DNA from: Opitutales bacterium
GTDB lineage: Bacteria > Verrucomicrobiota > Verrucomicrobiia > Opitutales > JABSRG01
DNA: 35,765 nt
Reading direction: 5' to 3'
NCBI GenBank assembly: GCA_049599475.1
Contig: JBMYOQ010000043.1
Span: 1 to 35,765, forward strand
A model generated the notes under the pieces. That model was not told the DNA's origin. It did no database searches and saw only the letters and a list, made by a program, of their open reading frames with translations. A program made the translations under genes and the position numbers. Shown in pieces: positions 20,603-27,575 of this stretch (the stretch's first letter is position 1; the number at the start of each line of letters is the position of its first letter).

Positions 20603-22150
20603 ATGCCCTCGACCACACAGGAAAAAATACTTGCATACGCAGAAGCGTCAGAAGTTTTTTGTAGATTGCGCACTGAGGGAAAGACTCTGGTGCAGTGTCA
20701 CGGAACGTTTGATCTGGTACACCCTGGCCACCTGATTCACTTCGAGGAGGCGAAGGCTCTTGGTGATATTTTGGTGGTTACGCTGACTGGCGAGCAATTT
20801 GTAAACAAGGGGCCTGGGCGCCCTTACTTTAATGATGCTCTCAGAGCGAAGTCACTTGCTTCATTACACATGGTGGATTATGTAGTGGTAATTCCATTTT
20901 CTGCGGCTGTTGAAGCAATCGAATGCGTGAAGCCTGATGTTTACTGCAAAGGTAAGGAATACGAAGATACCCGTAATGATGTAACCGGGAATATTCATGA
21001 CGACCTGTCCACTGTGGAGAAATACGGAGGCAGCATGGCGTATGTGGGAAGCGTCGTGTTTAGTTCAACTAAACTTCTTAACAGAGGCTTTGATACGCAT
21101 TCAGAGGAAGTAAAAGCTTTCTGCAAAGCTTTTGGCGAACGTTTCGACAGTGGATGGTTGCGTGATGAAATAGACCGCTGGAGTGACCTTAAGGTTTTGG
21201 TCGTTGGCGATGCTATCTTCGATAAATATACAACCGTTAATGTTCAGGGTCTCACATCAAAGAACAGAATCATTTCAGGGCGATATGTCGCTGATGATGT
21301 TCAGGCAGGAGGTGCTTTGGCAGTCTACCGTCACGTTCGTGCGTTTACGAATAATGTTAAAATTCTCAGCCTTGTCGGTGATGACCCTGTTACGGACTTG
21401 ATGCTTGGGGAAACTGTTGACCCAGAACATGATTGGCTTATAAGAGATCCTCGCTTTACGACGATTATTAAACAACGTTTTGTGGAGCCCGCCTCCGAGC
21501 GTAAGGAGATTTCCAAGCTCTTCTCGATCAATTATATTGATGATGAAGCTCCAGTGAAGGAGATTCAGCATGAACTCGAGAACCGATTGAAAGCAGTGTT
21601 ATCGGACTTCGACCTTGTGCTTGTGATGGATTTTGGTCACGGGATGATGCAATCTACTGTGCGTGAGATCGTCCAAGATGAAGCTCCATTTCTTTTCGTT
21701 AATTGCCAGACGAATAGCTACAACCGTGGCTACAATATTATTAATCAGCAATATACGAAAATGAATGCCTTTTCTCTTGATCTTCCAGAGCTTGAGTTGG
21801 CAATCAGTCAGAAGACGCCGGACCCTCAGTTGAGCCTGCAAGAACTTAAAGTGTCTTTCAATTCAGATTACGCGTTCCTTACTCGCGGACCTAGTTCAAC
21901 ATTGGGTCTATATAATGGAAAAATGAGCGCATTGTGCCCTGCCTTAGAGTCGGACGTAGTCGACACCATTGGCGCAGGTGATGCGTTCTGTTCGGTGGCG
22001 GCTTTCGCTTGTGCTCGAGGGTTGCCCGTTGATGTAGCAACTTTTTTGGGGCAACTCGCAGGTGCTCAAGCGGTGAAGTATGCTGGCAACACTCAATCAA
22101 TTCGAAAGGATAAGCTGCTGAAAGCGATCAGTGCGCTGACAAGCTACTAG
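20603..22150 (+). CDS. Bifunctional nucleotidyltransferase / PfkB kinase (HldE/RfaE-like, transferase domain first)
   Basis: N-terminal HGTFDLVHPGH, NKGPGRP and SSTKL. C-terminal VGDAIFD, GGA, DFGHG and DTIGAGDAF. Confidence 0.88.
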   Translation: MPSTTQEKILAYAEASEVFCRLRTEGKTLVQCHGTFDLVHPGHLIHFEEAKALGDILVVTLTGEQFVNKGPGRPYFNDALRAKSLASLHMVDYVVVIPFSAAVEAIECVKPDVYCKGKEYEDTRNDVTGNIHDDLSTVEKYGGSMAYVGSVVFSSTKLLNRGFDTHSEEVKAFCKAFGERFDSGWLRDEIDRWSDLKVLVVGDAIFDKYTTVNVQGLTSKNRIISGRYVADDVQAGGALAVYRHVRAFTNNVKILSLVGDDPVTDLMLGETVDPEHDWLIRDPRFTTIIKQRFVEPASERKEISKLFSINYIDDEAPVKEIQHELENRLKAVLSDFDLVLVMDFGHGMMQSTVREIVQDEAPFLFVNCQTNSYNRGYNIINQQYTKMNAFSLDLPELELAISQKTPDPQLSLQELKVSFNSDYAFLTRGPSSTLGLYNGKMSALCPALESDVVDTIGAGDAFCSVAAFACARGLPVDVATFLGQLAGAQAVKYAGNTQSIRKDKLLKAISALTSY

Positions 22151-22163
22151 CTGAGCTAGTGGA

Positions 22164-22258
22164 AGAATTCAGAATTTAGAGATTAGAATTTAGACGATGA
22201 ACAAAAAATATAAGACATCGAGATTTCCAGCCCCCTAAATTCTACGTTCTAAAATCTA
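22164..22258. repeat. Heptamer inverted-repeat element A (intergenic)
   Basis: Left arm agaattc-agaattt-agagatt-agaattt-aga (22164-22194). Right arm ctaaatt-ctacgtt-ctaaaat-cta (22235-22258). Confidence 0.9.
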
Positions 22259-22274
22259 TTTATATCTATAAATC

Positions 22275-23237
22275 ATGAAAATTCTACTAACAGGTGCCTG
22301 TGGGTTTGTCGGAACCCAGTTAACAAAGAGTCTTTTAGATGCTGGCCATGAAGTGATCGGGGTCGATATTATGTGGTTCGGTAATTTTTTGGCGTCGCAC
22401 GAGAATCTTACGGTTATTGAGGCAGATATTCGCGATACCGATAAAGTCCCTATGGAGGGCGTAGATGTTGTATTGCATCTCGCAAACGTAGCCAATGACC
22501 CCTGTGCTGATCTTGATTCGAAGTTGAATTGGGAAGTCAATGCATTGGCCACTAAGTTCCTGGTCGAGAAAGCAATCGACCATGGTGTGAAGCAGTTCGT
22601 TTATGCAAGTTCGGGGAGTGTCTATGGCGTCAAGAATGAGCCCGAGGTTACTGAAGAGCTGTCTCTTGTGCCGATATCCGACTACAATAAAACGAAGATG
22701 GTCAGTGAGCGGGTTCTCCTGAGCTACCAGGACCAGATTGTTGTGAATATCATTCGCCCTGCCACAGTGTGTGGATATTCGCCGCGGATGCGTTTGGATT
22801 TGTCGGTGAATATTCTGACGATGTTGGCTTTGCGTGATGGCAAAATTACGGTGTTTGGTGGCGATCAAACTCGGCCTAATATTAATATCAAGGACATGAT
22901 TCGTGTGTATCACCATTTCTTAGATAAAGGCATGGAATTACCGGGGATTTATAATGCAGGCTTTGAGAATATTTCGATTATGGATATCGCAGAGCGTGTT
23001 ACCGAGAAGGTTGACGCTGAAATCATTGTGACTCCGTCCAATGATCCACGTTCTTATCGCTTATCATCCAAGAAGCTTTTAGATACGGGCTTTACGCCAA
23101 AGTATACCGTGGATGACGCGATGAACGAAGTAATCGAAGCGTGGTCAAGTGGTGTGCTGCAAGATGAGGAGCATTTTTATAATATAAAGACCATGAAACG
23201 ACTGTCTTCAGAACAAGCTGAACCGGTCCTTTCTTAG
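22275..23237 (+). CDS. NAD-dependent nucleotide-sugar epimerase/reductase (extended SDR)
   Basis: TGACGFVG, HLA.VANDP, ASSGSVYG, YNKTK, RPATVCG.SPR.RLDL. Confidence 0.9.
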   Translation: MKILLTGACGFVGTQLTKSLLDAGHEVIGVDIMWFGNFLASHENLTVIEADIRDTDKVPMEGVDVVLHLANVANDPCADLDSKLNWEVNALATKFLVEKAIDHGVKQFVYASSGSVYGVKNEPEVTEELSLVPISDYNKTKMVSERVLLSYQDQIVVNIIRPATVCGYSPRMRLDLSVNILTMLALRDGKITVFGGDQTRPNINIKDMIRVYHHFLDKGMELPGIYNAGFENISIMDIAERVTEKVDAEIIVTPSNDPRSYRLSSKKLLDTGFTPKYTVDDAMNEVIEAWSSGVLQDEEHFYNIKTMKRLSSEQAEPVLS

Positions 23238-23247
23238 GACAGCCTAA

Positions 23248-24087
23248 GTGTCACGTAAAACATCAATCATGTCCGCTGTTAAAGTGCCTATTCAGAATCA
23301 ATTGAGGATGGACGTGGTACGGCTGTCCCATCAGGCGAGGACGCCACATTTGGGGTCCTCATTGTCGTGTGTGGACATGATAGCTGCTCTCTATTTTGAA
23401 GGGTTTTTGAAGCATCGCCCATCCCAACCCGATTGGGAGGAACGCGATCTGTTTTTCTTGAGTAAAGGTCACGCAGTAACGACTTTGTATGCTGCCCTAG
23501 CGCGCTCCGGTTATTTTAATGTGGAGCATTTATTCGAGCGCTATTTTGAGGAGGGTGGACCTTATCCTGAGCACCCGGCACCCAACGCCTTGCCAGGTAT
23601 AGAGTTCGCAACAGGTAGCTTGGGCCATGGCTTATCGGTAGCAACGGGCGCCGCTTTGGCTAATAAAATGTCCGGTAGAGGCAGTCGTGTGTTTGCGTTG
23701 CTCAGTGATGGCGAGTGCAATGAGGGCTCGACCTGGGAAGCTGCTATGTGGGCGGGAGCTCAGGGAAGTCTGCGGATTTGCGCAATGGTAGATTTTAATA
23801 AATGGCAAGCTACAGGGCGCAGTGCTGAGGTCATGGCGCTTGAGCCATTTGAAGATAAATTTCGAGCTTGTGGTTGGCGAGTGGCTCGTATCGATGGAAA
23901 TAATCCGGAGGCAGTAGGCAGAGCTTTATCTGTATTTGAAAACGACGATTCCAGCCCCTTGGCAATCATCGCTGACACTGTGAAAGGCAAAGGCATTTCC
24001 TTTATGGAAGATGATAACAACTGGCACTACCGAATACCGACGGAAGAGGAGGTAGGCAAAGCCAAGCAGGAGCTTGGGCTTTGTTAG
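23248..24087 (+). CDS. Transketolase-like TPP enzyme, N-terminal subunit
   Basis: HLGSSLS, SKGH, HP, TGSLGHGL, SDGECNEG.TWE, TVKGKG.SFME...WHY. Alternative start ATG 23269. Confidence 0.92.
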   Translation: MSRKTSIMSAVKVPIQNQLRMDVVRLSHQARTPHLGSSLSCVDMIAALYFEGFLKHRPSQPDWEERDLFFLSKGHAVTTLYAALARSGYFNVEHLFERYFEEGGPYPEHPAPNALPGIEFATGSLGHGLSVATGAALANKMSGRGSRVFALLSDGECNEGSTWEAAMWAGAQGSLRICAMVDFNKWQATGRSAEVMALEPFEDKFRACGWRVARIDGNNPEAVGRALSVFENDDSSPLAIIADTVKGKGISFMEDDNNWHYRIPTEEEVGKAKQELGLC

Positions 24088-24240
24088 ATTTTAGAGTTTA
24101 GAACTTAGAATTTAGAAAATTATATTTGATAAGCTGCCGTCCACCATTTCCTAAATTCTATCCTCTGATTTCTCATATCCTTTATCAACTCAAGATCACC
24201 AGATCCCTTTTCCTAAATTCTAGGATCTAAACTCTCAAAA
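24086..24240. repeat. Heptamer inverted-repeat element B (one left arm, two right arms)
   Basis: Left arm agatttt-agagttt-agaactt-agaattt-aga (24086-24116). Right arms ctaaatt-ctatcct-ctgattt-ctcatat (24151-24178) and ctaaatt-ctaggat-ctaaact-ctcaaaa (24213-24240). Confidence 0.9.
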
Positions 24241-24242
24241 CC

Positions 24243-25181
24243 ATGCGCAACGCATTTGCAGATGAAATATTAAAGCTCGCTGAAAAGGATGAAAGAATTG
24301 TCCTGCTGTCGGGTGATATTGGGAATCGTCTCTTTGATCCATTTAAAGCTGCGTGTCCTGATCGCTTTTTCAACTGTGGAGTCGCTGAGCAAAATATGGT
24401 GGGTATGGCTGCGGGTTTAGCGCTTAGGGGATATCGCCCGGTTGTCTACACAATCACGTCTTTTCTATTAAATCGACCCTATGAACAAATCCGAATCGAT
24501 GTCGGATACCATCATTTGCCAGTCACCTTTGTCGGTGTGGGTGGAGGCCTAAGTTATGCTTCCAATGGGGGGACGCATCATGCGACTGAAGACATCGCCC
24601 TCATGCGCACGATACCTGGTATGCAAATTGTGGCGCCCGGGGATGCTCCCGAAGTACGGGCAGCAGTCAATTTGATAGGAAAGGTGGATCAGCCTTTATT
24701 CATCAGAATCGGTAAAAAGAAAGAGCCGGTTGTTCATGAGTCACCGGTAGAATATGCACTGGGTGGTTCGATCTGTTTCAAAGAAAGTGGAACCGTAGGA
24801 ATTTGTGTCACTGGGAATCTATTACCGTTTGCGTTGGAAGCGAATGAGATTCTCCAAGGTCAGGGCGTAGATGCTCGGCTCTATCATGCATACTCGCTGG
24901 AGCCTATAGATCAGGGTATCGTGGATACTTTATTCGACGAATGCACCACGGTATTTTCGGTCGAAGAACATTCGGTCCAAGGTGGACTGGGAAGTATTTT
25001 ATTAGAAACTGCTCACCAGCGAGGACACGACACGCGTAAACTTAAAAAAATAGGCACACCTCATAGCTTTCATCACCGAACGGCCACCCAACAGCAGCAC
25101 CGAGAACAGTTAGGCCTCACTGCCGAAGGCATAGCCAAGCAAATACGAGAAAATCTTCCCACCCTGAACTCTAAACCCTAG
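24243..25181 (+). CDS. Transketolase-like TPP enzyme, C-terminal subunit
   Basis: MRNAF, RFFNCGVAEQNM.G.AAGLA, RPYEQIR.D, G.THH..ED, VEEH...GGLGS. Confidence 0.92.
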   Translation: MRNAFADEILKLAEKDERIVLLSGDIGNRLFDPFKAACPDRFFNCGVAEQNMVGMAAGLALRGYRPVVYTITSFLLNRPYEQIRIDVGYHHLPVTFVGVGGGLSYASNGGTHHATEDIALMRTIPGMQIVAPGDAPEVRAAVNLIGKVDQPLFIRIGKKKEPVVHESPVEYALGGSICFKESGTVGICVTGNLLPFALEANEILQGQGVDARLYHAYSLEPIDQGIVDTLFDECTTVFSVEEHSVQGGLGSILLETAHQRGHDTRKLKKIGTPHSFHHRTATQQQHREQLGLTAEGIAKQIRENLPTLNSKP

Positions 25182-25287
25182 TTCCTAAACTCCAAAACCT
25201 AAATTCTAACACCCAAACCCTCCAACCTCCGTGCCCATCCAATCCCCAACAACGAGCAACCAAAAACCAATTCCCAGTTCCCAACAA
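25164..25287. repeat. Heptamer tract C (right-arm type only) plus a second CCA-type heptamer tract
   Basis: ctgaact-ctaaacc-ctagttc-ctaaact-ccaaaac-ctaaatt-ctaacac-ccaaacc (25164-25219), then ccaatcc-ccaacaa-cgagcaa-ccaaaaa-ccaattc-ccagttc-ccaacaa (25239-25287). Confidence 0.85.
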
Positions 25288-25959
25288 CCCACCTCTGGCA
25301 CCGAACTCGATTTCATCGGTCTGGTTCATAAATCGACCAAGCGCGATTATGTGGCACGTGTCACGGAGTATCCGAAAGAGCTAGCTGCCGAAAAAGCATC
25401 TCAGTGGGGGCTCGATTACTGGGATGGTGATCGGAAAACAGGGTATGGAGGCATGCGTTACGATGGCCGTTGGGAGAAGGTTGCACGCGCTATGGCGGAG
25501 CACTACGGCATAAAGTCAGGTGATCGGATCCTCGACATTGGCTGCGGTAAAGGCTTTTTGATGTATGACTTCACTCAGGTCGTTCCGGGGGTCGAGGTCG
25601 TAGGGCTCGATATCTCGGAATACGCTAAGGAACATTCCAAGGAAGAAATTTCGGATAAGATTCATGTGGGGGACGCAGCGGATTTACCTTTCGAAACGGA
25701 TAGCTTCGACTTTGTTGTATCGATAAATGCTTTACATAATCTCGATGCCCACAATCTGGATAAGGCGCTCCGTGAAATGCAGCGTGTGGGAAAGGGCCCC
25801 GCCTTCCTTTGCGTTGAAAGCTTCCGCAATGAATCTGAAAAAGTAAACCTCCTCTACTGGCAACTCACTTGCCGCGCCTTTCATTCCCCAGACGCCTGGC
25901 GCTGGCATTTCGAAACCGCGGGATATACCGGAGATTATGGATTCATCTATTTTGAGTGA
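25231..25959 (+). CDS. Class I SAM-dependent methyltransferase
   Basis: YWDGDRKTGYGG, ILDIGCGKG, GLDIS, LPF..DSFD.V. GTG start with a repeat-derived N-terminal extension. Confidence 0.88.
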   Translation: MPIQSPTTSNQKPIPSSQQPTSGTELDFIGLVHKSTKRDYVARVTEYPKELAAEKASQWGLDYWDGDRKTGYGGMRYDGRWEKVARAMAEHYGIKSGDRILDIGCGKGFLMYDFTQVVPGVEVVGLDISEYAKEHSKEEISDKIHVGDAADLPFETDSFDFVVSINALHNLDAHNLDKALREMQRVGKGPAFLCVESFRNESEKVNLLYWQLTCRAFHSPDAWRWHFETAGYTGDYGFIYFE

Positions 25960-25982
25960 TTGCATCACTCAAAATAGATGAA
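25942..25982. repeat. Perfect 19-bp palindrome across the methyltransferase stop codon
   Basis: ttcatctattttgagtgat-tgc-atcactcaaaatagatgaa. Confidence 0.95.
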
Positions 25983-26424
25983 AGGGTTTAGAGATTAAGT
26001 TTTAGAATTTAGGGATGGAGTCGGGGTTTCGTAAGTTAAAGGTTTGGCAGAGAGGTAAGGCACTTGCCGTGTCGATTTATCGAATCACAGCGTCTCGGCA
26101 ATTTGAGCAGGATTGGGGGTTGAGGGACCAGATGCGACGGTGCGCGGTAAGTATCCCTAGTAATATCGCAGAAGGTGAAGGGCGCAGCTCTGAAATAGAT
26201 TCTGCTCGTTTTTTATCTATTGCGCGTGGATCGGCTGCCGAACTGATTACGCAGCTAGAAATAGCCGAAGAAATTGAATACCTTAAAAATAATATTGTGT
26301 TTGAAGCCATCGACGAGTGTGAGCAGATATCCTCAATGTTGTCCGCACTCATATTAAAGAAACGCGCAAAGCCTAAGAGATAGAGCCTGAACCCTAATCT
26401 CTAAATTCTGAACCCTAAACTCTA
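25983..26424. repeat. Heptamer inverted-repeat element D enclosing the four-helix-bundle gene
   Basis: Left arm agggttt-agagatt-aagtttt-agaattt-aggg (25983-26014) abuts the ATG. Right arm ctgaacc-ctaatct-ctaaatt-ctgaacc-ctaaact-cta (26387-26424) begins 3 nt after the stop. Confidence 0.9.
26015..26383 (+). CDS. Four-helix-bundle protein (23S rRNA intervening-sequence protein / Avd-like family)
   Basis: FRKLKVWQ....L...IY.IT......WGL.DQMRR.AVSIPSNIAEG..R.......FL.IARGS.AEL.TQL.IA. Confidence 0.93.
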   Translation: MESGFRKLKVWQRGKALAVSIYRITASRQFEQDWGLRDQMRRCAVSIPSNIAEGEGRSSEIDSARFLSIARGSAAELITQLEIAEEIEYLKNNIVFEAIDECEQISSMLSALILKKRAKPKR

Positions 26425-26430
26425 TTAAAA

Positions 26431-27465
26431 ATGCGAAGCATTTCCGCCCTCCTCATCGAACAAAAAAAGCCTCTCGAATTGGCAGAGGTCGAAATTCCTC
26501 AGCTTTCCTACGGGCAGGTGTTGGTGGAGGTAAAGCAATCGCGTATCTGTGGTTCACAACTTGGGGAAATCGATGGGGCCAAAGGGCCTGATCGCTGGTT
26601 GCCGCATTTGTTGGGCCATGAAGGAGTCGGAATTGTGCGCGAAATCGGTCCGGAGGTGAGCACTGTGCGAGTAGATGATCGCGTGTGCATGCATTGGCGT
26701 CCGGGCGCGGGTATCAATGCTCGTCCACCCCAATATGATTGGAACGGGAAAACGGTAAATGCTGGTTATGTCACCACATTCAACCAGTATGCCGTAGTTT
26801 CGGAGAATCGCCTGACTACGGTTCAATCCAATGTGTCTGATGACCTGGCATGTTTAATGGCGGATACGCTAACAACTGGTTTCGGGGTCGTGTCCAATGA
26901 CGCGCAGGTGAAAATCGGTGAGTCTCTGTGTTTAATTGGGTGCGGTGGTATCGGGATGGGGGTAATACAAGGTGCCGCATTGGCCGGGGCCTATCCCGTT
27001 ATCGCTGTTGATCTAGTCGACGATAAACTTGCGTTCGCTAAACGTATCGGTGCGACGCACACATTTCGTGGCGATGATCCCGATTTAGATTCTAAGATTC
27101 GAACGATCGTCGGGCAGGCAGGTGTTGATGTTATGGTGGATGGTACGGGAGTGCCCGCTGTCATTGAAAACTGTTACAAGCTAACTCAACCTAGAGGCCG
27201 AACAGTTTTATTCGGAGTCATGGCGTATGATCGTTCAGTAAACCTGCACACTCTACCGTTGCACCATGGTCAAGTCCTTACCGGGAGCGAAGGCGGGCAG
27301 AGTCGTCCCGACATTGACATCCCACGAATAGCCGCACTTCACGAAGCTGGTAAATTTTCGACTGTTGAATGGTTCACGAAAAAAGGAAGATTGAGCGAAA
27401 TAAACGATCTCATCGCAGCGCTCCGCTCAGGCCAAGAAAGGCATGTGGGGGTGAGATTCTTATGA
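26431..27465 (+). CDS. Zinc-binding medium-chain dehydrogenase/reductase
   Basis: ICGS, LGHEG.G, IGCGGIG. Lacks the four-Cys structural zinc lobe. Confidence 0.88.
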   Translation: MRSISALLIEQKKPLELAEVEIPQLSYGQVLVEVKQSRICGSQLGEIDGAKGPDRWLPHLLGHEGVGIVREIGPEVSTVRVDDRVCMHWRPGAGINARPPQYDWNGKTVNAGYVTTFNQYAVVSENRLTTVQSNVSDDLACLMADTLTTGFGVVSNDAQVKIGESLCLIGCGGIGMGVIQGAALAGAYPVIAVDLVDDKLAFAKRIGATHTFRGDDPDLDSKIRTIVGQAGVDVMVDGTGVPAVIENCYKLTQPRGRTVLFGVMAYDRSVNLHTLPLHHGQVLTGSEGGQSRPDIDIPRIAALHEAGKFSTVEWFTKKGRLSEINDLIAALRSGQERHVGVRFL

Positions 27466-27472
27466 ATCTCAC

Positions 27473-27575
27473 AGAATTTAGATAATAGGTTTTAGAATTT
27501 AGACGATACAGTTCAGGCTCTGGAGCCGTTTCACCTAAGCCCTAAACTCTAAAATCTAATCCCTAACTTCTAACA
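27473..27575. repeat. Heptamer inverted-repeat element E (intergenic)
   Basis: Left arm agaattt-agataat-aggtttt-agaattt-aga (27473-27503). Right arm ctaagcc-ctaaact-ctaaaat-ctaatcc-ctaactt-ctaaca (27535-27575) runs directly into the ATG at 27576. Confidence 0.9.

Noticed and set aside
26015..26383. 23S rRNA intervening sequence or a diversity-generating retroelement
   Set aside because: No rRNA sequence flanks the gene, and no reverse transcriptase or TR/VR pair with adenine-specific mismatches was seen. The 28742/35450 duplicate differs at all base types.
25983..26421. Resemblance of some units to the plant telomere repeat TTTAGGG/CCCTAAA
   Set aside because: Only isolated units match and the consensus is closer to TTTAGAA. 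There is no evidence for eukaryotic origin or contamination, since flanking genes are contiguous bacterial operon genes.
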